This document shows, piece after piece, positions 50,954 to 64,000 of a stretch of 64,000 nucleotides of DNA. Numbering within the stretch: the stretch's first letter is position 1; each line of letters opens with the position of its first letter. The DNA comes from Selaginella moellendorffii. Its lineage: Eukaryota; Plantae; Lycopodiophyta. The notes beneath the pieces are model-generated. The model had not been told where the DNA came from. It searched no databases and saw only the letters and a program-made list of their open reading frames with translations. The stretch is taken from positions 900,682 through 964,681 of the forward strand of contig NW_003314278.1 in the NCBI RefSeq assembly GCF_000143415.4, in the 5' to 3' direction. The position numbers were made by a program, and so were the translations under genes.

Positions 50954-52688
50954 TGTAAGCGACTAATTTTTCCATTCTACTTTAGTCACTTAACTACACT
51001 TCCGACCACTTGGAGGAGTCTCATTCACAACCTCCATAAGTCCAATCCAGGACTTGGGACTTGGTAGCCCCGAGAATGGCATCCATGCCACTCCACATTT
51101 GCACTTGGTCCAAGTGCTCCACGTGTCCGATCCCATGACCGACACTCAAAGGTACCACCGACATGGCAGCTTGTTACGCTAAGGCCATGCCCAATCACCT
51201 TTGCCACACTGGTAGTCCAATACCACTTGCATCACAGTCTTGGCTCTCCAAGACTAGGCAAACCATCTGTGAGTGGTCATCTCAGATCCACTCCTTAGCA
51301 TCCTTAGGATGCCCACTGACAAGGGGAATAGCTTTCCCCAATATCCCTTTGTCAGTCTCCACTAAGTCCCTTTCTGCCCTTGGCCGTGTTTGCCAACACT
51401 GCCACTAGATCGAGGCCCACAGGCCCGACCACTAAGTCCCACGGTCCTCTGGGACTTCCTCACCACACGACTGTGTCCTTGGTCACTACCCTAGAGGATT
51501 GCTCCTCTTCCTTTCCACAGTCTGGGCCTTTGGGACAACATTTCGGAACACCGTGGCCTTATGCGAGCCACCTGGGTACTCTCCCCACCTTCCACCCTTG
51601 GGTGCTCTAGCCATGGGCTTAAAGCGAGGTTCCGTTGAGCCACGCCTGGTATCCAAGTAGGTAGTGCCACCCACACTTGGACTGGGAGCATCGGCCAGTC
51701 GATCTCCCGGGGGAACTAGAGCCGGCTCTTGAACACTTCACCAAGCTACCCTGCTTGTCAGTCCGTGTTCACTCTAGTCTTGGACTTCCCAGTGGTCAGC
51801 TCATCACCCAACACTAGGTCTGGCCTTCCTGGGCCCAACTGGCCTTTCCTGGGCCAAACTGGCCTTTCCTGGCCAAACTGGCTCCACTGGGCTCCAACCC
51901 CTACACTCTCCCTACTATACTTTTGGAACCCCCCGCAGCCCCCCCCCCCCCCCCCTGGGGGACGATCGCTTTGGGCTTTCACCCAACTGCCTGTATTAGT
52001 ATTCGGACTCGGACTCGGGCTCGAACTCGGACTCGGACTCGGTCTCGGTCCCGGTTTCGGGCTCGGACTCGGTCTCGGTCTCGGCTTCGGCCTCGGTCTC
52101 GGTCTCGGTCTCGGGTCCATCTCGGACTCCATCTTGGACTCCATCTCGGGTCCATCTCGGACTCCATATCGGACTCCACTTCGGGTCCATCTCGGACTCC
52201 ATATCGGACTCCACCTCGGGTCCATCTCGGACTCCATATCGGACTCCATCTTGGACTCCACTTCGGACTCCACTTCGGACTCCACCTCGGGTCCATCTCG
52301 GACTCCATATCGGACTCCACTTCGGGTCCATCTCGGACTCCATATCGGACTCCATCTCGGACTCCACTTTGGACTCCATATCGGACTCCATATCAGACTC
52401 CACTTCGGGTCCATCTCGGACTCCAACTCGGGTCTGCCTCGGACTCCATCTCGGACACTTCCACGTGTCATGTGTTGGTCCTTTCTGGGTCCCTTTTTAG
52501 AGCCTCACTTATGGCTCACTTTGTGCTCATTCCTCGAGCACCTTGTTGGGAGTTCCACTCTCGCTCTCGACCTTTCAAGTCGGAGCTTTTAGTCCAAACG
52601 TGTTACGCTCATTTGGCTTTCACTTCGGCCACTACCACGTGGCGCCCCTCCGGCTTCACTTTGGGGCCTAGGGATTTTGTGTCTCACA
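50954..52688. mobile_element. Solo LTR (1735 bp) with TSD AATCC, related to the family B LTR
   Basis: TG...CA ends. AATCC at 50949-50953 and 52689-52693. The block cctactatac-tttggaacccc...gctttgggctttcaccc is shared with 8589-8648. Confidence 0.85.
52004..52456. repeat. Tandem array inside the solo LTR: 6-bp (ctcgg[a/t/g]) units grading into 12-bp (cggactccatct-like) units
   Basis: Directly visible periodicity. It produces low-complexity ORFs in most frames. Confidence 0.95.
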
Positions 52689-52991
52689 AATCCCATATGT
52701 CCCTAAACCCTAACAATTCAAATTGGATCAGTTTTTACTAAACTAACTAAGCTAATGCTAAAACACCTATCAGCTTACATGTAGATCAAAGCCCTAATCA
52801 ACCATTTGTGGAAGTTCAAATTCCACTCTAACTAAAGGTAGGGTTCCATGCTCCACCCACCTGGAAATTTCTCCCCCACTCGTAGAACAACTCCCCCCTC
52901 CCCCCCCCCTCCCCCCCCTTTTTTAATGGTACATGTAACCTTCTTTTCTATAGCATAATGGACCACCATTGAGAATCTAGTCAAAGCTACT

Positions 52992-55900
52992 TCATCCTTC
53001 TATATCTAAAAGAGCAAGAGTGACATATTCAATCGAGATTCTTTTCAAGCTTAATGGTGGAGATGAAAACACATGGCAAAAAAACAGTTGAGGGTGAAAC
53101 ATTTTTTTTTTTTAGGGTAAACCAGTTTTTTTCAATGCATTTTTCCAGGAGAGCTTATCACCACAGTGCACACCATGAGGTTCGCTGCATGATTGCATTG
53201 GTCCTTACGTTATATACCTTGTGCTCATGAATCTTTCCTTTACTGTTCAGTTTGTACTCAAAGATGCCGTCAAAGAGACCTCTGACTTCCCACGGCACTT
53301 GTGGAATCATGAACAGACCATCTGATCACAATAGTGTGCTGTCCAAAGGCTGCCAGGTGCTCAAGATTTCCACCCAGATCGACTTGAAAAGCATTCTACC
53401 ATTCAGCCAGAGCACCTGTATAATACACTTGTAAGTCTGTGAAAGCAGTTTACTGGATCTCTGAAAGAGATGTCCTCTCTGCACCAAACAAGATAAGCCA
53501 CTCTACGTTTACTTCATTCTCCTGTATATCTGATAGCTCAGATCTCCATGGAACAGAACAGGCAGCCTCCCTGAAAGTCTTGATGGCATAGCCTACATTG
53601 ACATGGTAATCCAGACTTCCTTCCTTGCTCTTTGCTACTAACAGATCCTCTACTTTGCTATTCAGTTTGGTCGAGAGTTGCAATAATGCACTTGAAGAGG
53701 TTGCTTGAATCTATCTCTGCTGCTATATGCCAAGCTCAGCACTACCTCTAACGGAAGCAGCTCACTATACACCATTTTGTCAAGTTCGCTGCAAACTGAA
53801 TATTGTCTTCCTCAGTCAAGCTGATTTCTTCCAGTTCTTCATGCCAAACAATGGTATGGCACTCTTAAGTTTGAGGTAAAAAGCTTTCCCATATTGTTTG
53901 TAGCCAAACTGAATGCATTTTCATGTGCAATGGCTCAGTGACAACAAGCTGGATCCCATTCTAGAGTCACTGGCCAAGCTACCTTGGGTGACTTGCACAG
54001 GCTTAACCCCAGCGAGTTCATCTATCCACTGGCAAGTTCTCAGTGTTGAGAATAGCGAGCCAAGTGGCAGTGACTGAAGAGGTGAGTTTTCTATTTTTGA
54101 TGCTTTTAGCTCCCCGGAAAACATCTGTATTCTCTTTTCTTCTTCTCTAGATTACTGACAACCTTGCTTGGAATGTATTACAGTCATACACATTGGAGAT
54201 TAAGTTTCTTGAAGCTTTCTGATGCTTCAAACAAAAGGCAAGCACTGCCACCGTCAAGCATACATGACAATTGGCTTCAAGAAGATGATGGGTAGGTTTA
54301 TGAGTTTTGCAGTTGTCAATTTTGCAACTGTTCTTGGCTCTTCTGTATCTGCCAAGTGAGTATTTCCGAGCTATGACTCGATTTCTGATGTTGAAGCATG
54401 TGAAGCTTTTATGCAGTTTTGGCCAGAGTCTAGAACAATGCACTGGATCTTTGCACAGAAACACGGGGAACATTCGAAATAACCCAGCACTTGAGGTGAT
54501 ATGCTCATTACCGTTTGTAATTTGTTTATCTCGAGGCATCTTCTTTTAGGCACTTCGAGCATTGACTTACACGGGAACTTTCATTGGTGGGGGCAACGAT
54601 TCTAGCAAAGAAGGCTCTATCTGTTTTCAGACCTCTTGAAAGATGAAAATGAAGGCTCAGCATTAACAAGAAGTGACTATATCGCTTTTAAGGTTACAAA
54701 GGTCCATCTTGCAGGAACATCATTGGTTGTATCCTGGAATGAAGGCTACGTTGGAAGCAGCAATGGGGTACATGCTCTAAAATTTATCCTGCAGCTTTTG
54801 CAAGTCTATTTCGACATTGCATTGCAAGATATGAGTGATTGTAAGTTCCAAACCTTTGCATTTAATCAGCTGCTCTTTGTATGTTTAGCACTACTCTGCA
54901 CTCTTTTACCTATGGTCTTCTTCAGAATCAATGCCATGTTTCCGGATAAGGCATTTTCAATTGAGGTAAGCAAGATTAGTTTACTCATAAGCTGACTCAT
55001 GTCTTAAATCAGGTCCAACAAACGTGTTGTCAGTTTGTGCACACTTTCTTCAAGAAATCTCCTCAATTCATTGCTCTTTTGAAGGTAAGCCTTTCTTATC
55101 TATTTGAAGTTGTTATCCCAAAAGAAGTAAAAACATTGCAGAAGGTCATCACCAGTCAACCTCAAACAAGTGACAGTAAAGTAAGATGGATTTCACAATG
55201 TTTGAGTGTTAAACTTCTATTACATTTACTAGACTGAGCTTCCTTTGCAACTATGCTGAGTGGTTGGAGACCAGGGGGTGGTGGTACTTGTTTCAAGGAT
55301 GGTGTAAGAGAGCTCTTTGAAACTCTGGAGTTGGTTCTCTACAAAAACCTCTTCTTATGGTAATCGAAGTTTCTCACTATTTATGTTGTGTTTAATCTTC
55401 ACAAACATCCAGGCATAAAACTTCTGCCATCCCGGCCCAGTCCCAGCTGCTATTTTTTGTCATAACCGCCATAGCAAAGCTTGCAACGTGCCATTGAGAG
55501 CTCTTGCCTAGAGCTCGAGTCCTAAGGTTTTCTTTTTTTTATTTGTCTTCCCTAAGGAACTTCCTTGAGTTTAAGTTGCTGTTCTTGATGAAGGTGGCAC
55601 AATCACATCAACTACTCAAAAAGACTGTCTAGAGAAGAATTGAAGATCACCATTGCTGCCTACGACTGAGTCCCTGGAGTGGAGAAGCTGGTGACGAATG
55701 CAAAGATGGACCTTTCCTTGCAGCTTATACAGCATGAGAAGCCCAAGAGCTTGCTACATTACTACAAGGCCATGGAGCTGTCCACAAAGTTCGATTTCAC
55801 ATGTCCAAGAAGATTTGGCCCCCCGTCGATCACAACATGGTCAGATGCTATCAGCATTTTGGACAAATATTCACAGGTTATACTTCCCACGAAAGGATCA

Positions 55901-57105
55901 ACTACAAGGAAATAAGTTCAAGAAAAACAAAGAGAAAACTCACAAGGATCTGGCTCACCCAGCAATGCACAAATCGAAACAAAACTTTAGAAATTGTAAG
56001 AGCTGGACTTTAATTCTCCTTAAGAGTTTTCAAGAAGATCTGTCCACTAGGATGAATGTTGCAGTTATAGATTCACGTTTTAAACACCACCTACATTTTC
56101 CAACGAGAGATAAGATCTTTGAATTGTTCCTCCTTGAGAGGCTATAATGGATAATTGCTGGGGAGGCTAATGTTGACCTTATAAAGGGATCCTATGAGAT
56201 CAAAAAGAATTTCTTCAAAAGTTGAGAATTGAGCTAAGAAATTCCATACATGCAAGTAAACCCAGAAGAAAAAGAATGGTCAAGATGGCTTGTGAGCCAA
56301 GGAAATGGCAATCTCCCTAACCAAGGTTTAACCAAGTTTACATTGCCGAGTTCACACCCCATTGATCAAAGAAGTATATGTATGAATTTATATATGATAA
56401 ATGTATCTGTAGTTGATTCCCCAGATAAATCCCTGCACCATGACCTAGTGATCATACAAAGATAGAAGCTGGCCAACTGTATATGGCTTTAGAGTTGGTA
56501 GCAGCATGCTCAAGGCTGGATGGTTTCTAGTGAATTCTTGCAGACTTTCACTTAACATGCTAGGTAACAGTAGAGCAGCAAGGAAAGAACATTCAGGAAC
56601 TTACTTTGTGAGGAGTCAAATAATCTGGAACACCTTCCGCTCGAAGTTCCTCGAGGATCTGAAGAAAGAAACATTTAGACCATGAAAGAATACAAGAGAT
56701 TCCTTACTGACCCTGCCATCTTGCAAGTTATGCATAAAAGATTTTGATTAGAATCCTTTCTATAATTTTAAATTTCTGTAATAACTTCCTATACAGTGAT
56801 AATAATTGCAACAATATGGGATATGAGAGACCATCTGCTTATACTACTTTTGTTACCAATAAAAGAAAGGGTATATACAAAGACAATGTTCCATTGTCAT
56901 AAAAAGTATTTGTGGATATTGATGATCTCCAAGGTATAACTATCAATCTCTACACTAAAATGACATTATGAATTTCAGACAAACAATTTGAAAAATATAC
57001 ATCATCACTATTGGATGATGAAAACAAACAACTAATTCTTTAGGATTCATGTCACCTATGTAACAGATGTCCTATCTATTCCAGTGGAGCTAGATTCCTT
57101 GCTAG
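52992..57105 (+). mobile_element. Helitron with captured fragments and helicase remnants
   Basis: 5' TCATCCTTCTATATCTAAAAG is the same as the 26592 end. 3' ccagtggagctagattccttgCTAG|T. PIF1-helicase-like pieces EKEWSRWLVSQGNG (~56270-56310) and GQLYMALE (~56471-56495). Confidence 0.8.
53215..53683 (-). pseudogene. Captured DUF2358 (SnoaL-like) gene fragment
   Basis: DYHVNVGYAIKTFRE, WVEILSTWQP and PQVPWEVRGLFDGIFEYKLNSKGKIHEHKV, with frameshifts. Confidence 0.75.
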
Positions 57106-60100
57106 TATGCCATATATGCCATATAGTGGTACACACCATCTCTTCTTTTTTCCACATCATAATGGATAGGGCGCCATTTTGGTTTACCCTAAATTGAGCA
57201 CATAGCATAACAATTCTTCCTTTGCTAAACAAAAGAGTAAAACCAAAGAGAAAATAAAAAGTACCTAGATCATGGCTACATTTGGCATAGATCCAATGCT
57301 AGCACTAAAAAAGAGCCTTCTCCTTTCTATTGATTAAGTAAGTAAGCAAGTAAAATTCTAGAACTATAAAATTTTATACTTATATGAGTTTGAGCTATTA
57401 GTAAACTAGAATAGGAGCCAAATTGCGACTATGGATGAGGTGAGGGTGAGTGATTCTTCATTTCTTGCAAACTTCCTTCTCAAATCACTACAAAAATCCC
57501 TCTAAAGCCCTCCAAGAACTCACATATTCACACGATAGCAAAATTAGGGTAGGTGAAATTTTTAGATGATGTGGCAATTTAATCGTGTGACATTATTTTA
57601 TTTATGTATTTTACCAGTTTCAGACTTCAAGAGAAATTTATAGGGGGGGGGGGGAGACTGGGTTACCCCCTTCCCCTCATTTTGGATGCCATATCACTAA
57701 GGGGGGCATGGAACCCAAGGTTTAATTTCTTCCCCGTAAAAAATTTCCTCCTAGGGTGGAGCATGGAACCCTGCCTATGCGTCCCCAGGAGAAGTTTTTC
57801 AAGGGGGGAAACTTTTAACCTCTTATTCCATACACCCCATTAGTGACATGGCAGTGGAATTGGGGGAAAAGGGGGAACTAGATGTCCCCCAAAAAATTTC
57901 TTTCGATGCCTGGAACCTAGTAGAACAAGTCAATAAAATAGTGCCATGTATACAAATAGTAATCAATACTTAGAAAAGACAAAATTAATTTATCTAAGTT
58001 AGCAAAAACTATATTAATGATGTAGCATTTTTAAGGGTGGGTTACATATAACCTTAAAATTTTAGAAGGGGGGAGTTTTTTTTTTCTGGGGTGGAGAAAT
58101 TTCTAGGTGGGGGACAAACCCTACCTTAATAACCATGGAATCTTTCATCTTAGATGTAATTTTCCCTTGTGTGATTGCTGCTTCTCTGGATTCTCTTATC
58201 TTCCTAAGTAGCTTTAGTGCCATTTAGCTCTTCCTCAATCCTCACTCACTACTTGGTTCTTTCATATTCTTTATGGTCACTCAGGCTCCCTACTTGTGAA
58301 TCTAGCTTCTCTCAGATTCCTCAAGCTGTTCAATTTTGTTGGACACATAGATTCCATCTCATCTTGCATTTTGGGAATCTCCACATTTAGGAAACTATCT
58401 CCCTACAACCAATTCATCATCTGGCCTCCTAATGACTCAAGATCACCATGTCTACCACTTTCTTGGCTTCCCTTAAGCCCCAATATTCTACTTCTAAAGT
58501 ACATATTTTCTTTCTCTAGCTCTAGGAACTTCATGATCCTTTTGTTACTCCTAAGCTCCACAATCATTGGATCCTTCAATCCATGTAACTCCAGAGCATC
58601 TAGCCCTCCACAATACCAAGGAAGAAATCCTAAAGACCTCTTTAAGCTCATTGCTCTTGTTCCTCTTTTTTAGAGACCTCTTGCTCTTACCTTTTGTTAT
58701 ACTATAGGGAATGGTCCCTTACATCTTTTCCTACACCTTTGCCCATGCCATGATGGAATCCACCTCACCTACTGTGATTCCTTACTTCTTCACCACTGTG
58801 TTTCTCTACCCTCATTTTCACGAAGGCATTGCATACTTGTAGGCCTCCATCTAGTTTCTTTGTTCTCTCCATCTCCATCTCTTTTTAAAGGAAAAACCTG
58901 GTAAAAAGGTTAAAAAAATTAGTGATAGACAACATAATAGCATACTATGCTGCCCTACCACCATGCAACATGCAATGGCAATTGCATCCTATATCTCCAC
59001 CTGTTCCTCCCTCTATATCTGTTGCAATCATACACCCTTGTTAATGCCATCTGTTTTCTGTCGTAAGAAATTTCCATCCCTTTTGATCCCTAAAGCTCAA
59101 CTCCACTATCTGTGTGAATATATGACCCCTAGAGAGTGTTCTCTATTTTCTCCCTCAGTGGTGTTCTTAGCCTCTTCACAAAATACTCATGCATTCACTA
59201 TAGATGATCCTAACTGAATTGAAAGATTATACATAACCTTCTTATTGCTTCAGCTTCTTTCTGCACCCTAACAGATAATTTGTGTAGATGTCTCCTCCTC
59301 TAAAAAAAAGCATTAAATGTTCTCATTCTACTCCTTTGAAATGGCATCTTGCATGCTCTTCTTTCACAACCTCCTCTTGCAAGTGCAGCTCACACTTCCT
59401 TTTCCTCTATAGGGATTTCTAGTTCTAGAAAACAAACTACAAAGCATTGTACGTACATTGCCTTGGTCACTAATGCTTGAATTCCTCTCTCCAAAGGATC
59501 TTCACCTCTCAACCACCCTTATGGCTGCTTGAGGCCTGTTCTCAGTTCTGGGACTTGGAATGATCCCAGCCAATTCTTCCTAAAGCTAATGCTGACTTTG
59601 CCATAAGGCACTCCAAATGCCTCACTTTGGTACATTACAAGATCACGTACTGTGACACCATTGTTGTGCAGTATACTAACAAATTCATAATCTGAAATTC
59701 TCCAGTCCAATACTACTTGAATGATTGTGGCTGTGTTGAAAATCTGCATTCTTAGCAGGATCCAGAATCAAATGCCCCTTTGCGTTTGGCTGAAGATAGA
59801 TTGAATTGACATTCAATCCAGGGGAGAGGCAAGGATTGTAAACAGCCAGTTCTGATGATGGGGTAGATGGCAAGAACCTAGACCTTACTTAAAATTATGG
59901 AACACAAGATTGTATCATGCACTTCGCAAACAAGTCCTCTTGAGAGCTTGCAACAAATAACTCCTCGTGTTTAGCCTTTTTGAGCTGAGAGTGAATTCTC
60001 TGGCTCCTATCCAGCAAAATGATCTTCTCTTTCACACAGGTGTGGACTCAAACGGTTTTGATGTAGTTGTGGACACAGATGGCTTGACAGTAGAGGAGAT

Positions 60101-60339
60101 CCGATTAAGATTTCAACTATGGACTCTGGCACTATGGACACAGTTGGCTCAAAGGTAGAGGCGACATTGTGCAAATCAGATGGTTGGCATATGGTCACGT
60201 GGGATCTCCTGACTCGAAGGCAATATGGCTTGAATCATACCTTCACAATACATTTTCTGGAAATACTCAGGAACAAGAGCCTCCAAGATCACATCACTTC
60301 AAAATATATATTCTCGAGCATATACAGTCTGAAAAACCA

Positions 60340-60680
60340 AAACTTACTGGATCTCTTGGGGCAGGTTTTTGATCCCAAATTTTCTGGAAGTAAATATGGA
60401 AGCAAGCGTTCATGTTATGATCACACAACTCTTGTTCTGCTGTTTACTTCCAAGTCTCACAGTTTCTAGATGCGGGAACATTTTGGCAGAAGCCAAGGCC
60501 ACACTTTGTAAACAGCAAAACTTTATAGACTGCAAGTTCTGGGGACTAGAAGATGCCATGGTTCTCTAATTGAACCCTGATCATACATATGGAAAGTTGT
60601 GAGAAAGGTTGTATGGGATGTGTGAGACCATCTTGGACGCTCGCAAGGTGTTTGAACTGGTGAAGAACTACAGCTTATTT
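60340..60680 (+). pseudogene. Probable PLS-class PPR gene fragment
   Basis: LYGMCETILDARKVFE and SRCGNILAEA resemble the MYxKCG...DARKVF PPR motif. Frames are broken. Confidence 0.45.
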
Positions 60681-61960
60681 TCTTAGACAGCTTAAAAAGA
60701 GCTTATCATTAAAGTCTAAAATTTTCTGTGGGGAATTAATAGACTGTGGTTCTTCCTCCACACCAAAATAATTGATCCCAAGCCTTCTTAATCGACTGGC
60801 CTGCAAGCAGTAGTATGAGGATTATCAAGAGTGTTACACAATGGCTCCTCCAGTCCTTTGTCCTCCATTGGTTGGTTTAGTGTGTAAGAGGAAAAGTTGG
60901 GCAAGTGCATTGCAATTGTACACTGCAGCAACTCTTAGAAAACCAAAAACAAACAAAAATTAAAGTTTGATCAATTGTTTGATATGTGGTTTATGTACTA
61001 GTTTAGATATTGGAAGTTGTTAGTTATCCTTCGTGGAAGAGCTCTACTATTAAACACTCTTTCAAAATGCCACACTACTATTATTCCTACAGTCTCTTAG
61101 CCATTCAAAAGAAGACTTTGCCACCTTGGTTGCCTTGGTTCGAGAATTGGAGTTGTGACAAAAAAGAAAAAGAAAAAAAACTTGCAAGAGTTAGTGAATT
61201 CTGAGAGAGGGAGATCTTACCAAGCTGCTAAAAGACTCACTAGTATGAACTTTGGCTGATCAGAGGAGTTAGAAATAAGGGAGTTTTAAAAAAAGAAATG
61301 GAAAATTTACCAGGCTGCTGGATGCTCCCACACTCGCTATTAAAAAGAGCTGGCATGGCACTAAGCTAGAGGAGAGAGGTCACTGCTGCCCTAGAGAGGA
61401 GAGATGCCACCATAGAGACCCTAGAGTAGAGTTGAAGAAAATGCGGAAGACAAAGGGCTCGGAATATCTTCTACCTTGAAACTGTATCCACATAAAAGAA
61501 TTTTCAAACATGCACACTCCAGCTACCTGCTGTTTTCTTGTTGGTTTATCAAGTATTGTTTATAAACCTGGCTAGAGCACATGTGACCAAAAGCATTGGA
61601 GGTGATTGCATACCTTCTATGCAGCTTAGATTGCTACTTGTGTTTTGATAGATCACAAAAATTCTGTGATGGCTTGCCTTCCACTCCTGTTAACATTTAA
61701 AACTCAATTGGTATGTCAGATGGTAGTATTAAGTGTTAAGTCGTCAAACAAAAGTGTTACTTGTGACGAGTTTATGCTGTAATATTTTGTTTTCTTAAAG
61801 TGAAGAAAGTGTGGAAATTAGAGAGACCAAATGAATTTGTTTTTGGACAATAGAACCTTGAAACCCCCGAGAGGATACGGAGTTATTGTTCACCAGCTAA
61901 AAGTGTTGAGTAAGGCTTTTTCTGCATGTACTTGCATTCTTGCCCCTACCTACAAAATAG

Positions 61961-64000
61961 TGACAAAAAAACAAAGACAATAACTGAAACAAACAAGAGA
62001 GTGAACCCTAAGCCAACCTCCCAACCCTTAAGGCATTACGGCCTTAAATCCCACAGGCCATAGAATATTCTTAGAGTATTCCTATAGTTTATGTCATTCT
62101 CCCCTCCCTTATGACCCAGCCACATATGACAGCCTCAAGAAGCTAAATGAACCTCACATGAAGGGATTCCAATGCAATACAGCCATGGAAAAAATATGTG
62201 TAAACAACAACACCAACATCGTGACAAACAGCCACGAAAGAAAGAAAGCAATATGGCTTTCTCGCATGACAATACAGTCATGGAAACAAGAGAATGAGAA
62301 TAGAACAAACAGCTGAAATTATATAGCAATATGGCTATAGAAATCAATTCTCCCCTTCCTCAGGAATGTCATCCAAGTCATAACCAAAACTCGGAAACAC
62401 TTTCTTCATGACATCCTCAATTTCCCATATAGTTTCGTCCATGGAATAACTATTCCACTGAACTAACAATGCCCTAGTTGTCTTTCGGCATGTTTTCACC
62501 AATCTTTGAGCAAGAATATTGGTTGGACCAACCTTCTCTGCATCAATCTCTGGGACCTGGATGATGGATTAATCCAGACATCACCAAAGTGCAAACACGC
62601 TTTAAGCTTGCTCATATGGAATGTTGGATGAATCTTCGAACTAGTTGGCAAGTCAAAGTGTATGCAAGATCCCTCACACACTGTAAAATTGTCTAAGGCC
62701 CACAATATTGTGGAGACAACTTAGCACTACCACCTCCTTTTAGAGACCATTGTGCATTCGACAACTTAAGGAAAAATTTGTCACCAACTTTGTACTCTTG
62801 ATAATGACAATGTTCATCAGCCAATCTTTTGTCTCGCTCTTGAGCTTGCCTCATGTTCAACTTTGCCAACTCAAGTTTGTCTTGCATATCCTCCAAAAAA
62901 TCACAAGCACGAAGTACCTGAACCAAAGCCAAATTCAAACTCACAGGAGACTTAGGCTCATAACATACATCACCATAAAGGGAGACATGCCAATAGCCAA
63001 TTGATGAGCAAACTGAAGCAAAGGCAAGTATTTCTCTCATACTTCCTGTCACGTCAAGTTTCCCACAAAAAACCTCAACATATCTTCTAATAGTTGATTC
63101 ATGCGCTCTATCTACCCATCTAATTGTGGATGTTCACCACTGCTCATACTCAACTTAGTCTCTAGCTTCTCAAAGACTATTTGCCAAAACTTGGACGTGT
63201 ACTTGGGATCCCAATCACTCACAATGTCACCCGATAAACCATAGAGATTGAATAACTGGTCTACAAACAATTGAGCAAGTTCAAAAGCTTTTATCATCGT
63301 CTTCATAGGGAAGAAGTGAGCCATCGAGATGCTATCCCATTGATAAAGTGATAAAGTCCATCGAGATGCTATCCCATTTATTATAGAGGCTAGTGAGCTT
63401 CTAATGATCAACTTTGACTGCTTGGCAAGTCAAACAACCACGTATGTATTTCTCAACATCTAACTTCATCCCAGGCCAAAAGAAATGCCTCTTCACCAAC
63501 ATATACGTTCTCAATACCCCCACATACCCAGCACTTGGCACATCATGACACTCAACCAAAATCTGTTTAATGAGTTTGTCAACACAAGGAACCACTACAT
63601 GTCCCTTCTTCATTAGGATTCCATCTCGTATCGCAAATGATGCAAACTTGTCACCCTTCAAATATGTAGAGGTGTCCCTCAACAAAACCTTTGCGTGAAT
63701 ATTAATGATAAAGGAGTCGAAGTTAGCAAACTCCTTAAGATCATCTAAGAGATCACTAGATAGCTTCATGGACAAGATAGAATTTACCATTCTGGATAAT
63801 GTATCAACCATCTTATTGTCACTTCCATACTTCTACTGGTTCTTAATAGACATTTCCTATAGGAACTCTTGCCAATGAGCAAGACAGCCTTAAATGTCCT
63901 TTAGATTACTAAAATACTGGAGAGATTGATGATCTGAATCCACATAGAAGTCCGATCCATACAGATAATGTCGCCATTCTTTCACAGCAGCAATCACAAC
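61961..64000 (-). mobile_element. Chromodomain-bearing Ty3/gypsy element, 3' part (RNase H end, integrase, chromodomain, PPT, 136-bp 3' LTR)
   Basis: Integrase zinc finger (ECHDVP...CLTCQ), core VSDWDPKYTSKFW...HPQLDG, GPY-like KLSPQYCGP and IHPTFHMSKLK, chromodomain LVQWNSYSMDETIWE at ~62420-62470. PPT 62097-62110. LTR 61961-62096 with TGACA...TGTCA ends. Confidence 0.92.

Larger units (their letters stand above)
52836..58126. mobile_element. Non-autonomous PIF/Harbinger derivative carrying a nested Helitron
   Basis: TIRs AGGTAGGGTT... and ...AAACCCTACCT with subterminal gaaatttctcc blocks. TSD TAA at 52833-52835 and 58127-58129. 52836-52950 and 57140-57220 match the reverse complement of 35385-35600. 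Confidence 0.8.

Noticed and set aside
52004-52456. CRISPR-like array
   Set aside because: Units are contiguous with no unique spacers, there are no cas genes, and the context is eukaryotic.
51729-52741. Long ORFs (237-287 aa) on both strands
   Set aside because: They are artefacts of the 6/12-bp tandem array, which has no stop codons and lies inside a solo LTR.
58130-60240. Short ORFs as genes
   Set aside because: Fragmentary with no recognisable motifs; probably decayed TE or captured sequence.
1-64000. The gypsy pieces at the two window ends being one element that encloses the window
   Set aside because: Orientation places each element's body outside the window (5' LTR at left, 3' LTR at right, both on -), so they are separate copies.

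Overview
Eukaryotic plant nuclear DNA. The 41-62 nt introns, ciliary genes (IFT52, ARL3, LRRCC1/VFL1-like) and CYP88 fragment suggest a flagellated-sperm land plant, most likely a Selaginella-type lycophyte (inference). Three 100-N scaffold gaps are present. Layout: (1) 1-14 kb holds nested Ty3/gypsy remnants, a large non-coding LTR element, and a complete 587-bp TRIM with 5S-rRNA-derived LTRs (Cassandra-like) plus solo and partial LTRs of it. (2) 15.5-20.5 kb holds a GEX2-like secreted protein gene with a Cys-rich head and 12 filamin/Ig-like repeats, each on its own phase-1/1 exon. (3) 21.9-37.1 kb is a TTA-flanked PIF/Harbinger-type TIR element containing two Helitrons with captured gene fragments (including CYP88/KAO) and a Harbinger transposase remnant. 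(4) 39.1-47.1 kb is a compact block: IFT52, LRRCC1-like, ARL3 (catalytic Gln apparently replaced by Glu) and a TMEM97/EXPERA-like gene. (5) 47-64 kb holds gene fragments, a 1.7-kb solo LTR with a 12-bp tandem array, a TAA-flanked Harbinger derivative containing a Helitron, and the 3' end of a chromodomain-bearing gypsy element. Homology calls come from recalled motifs, not database searches.
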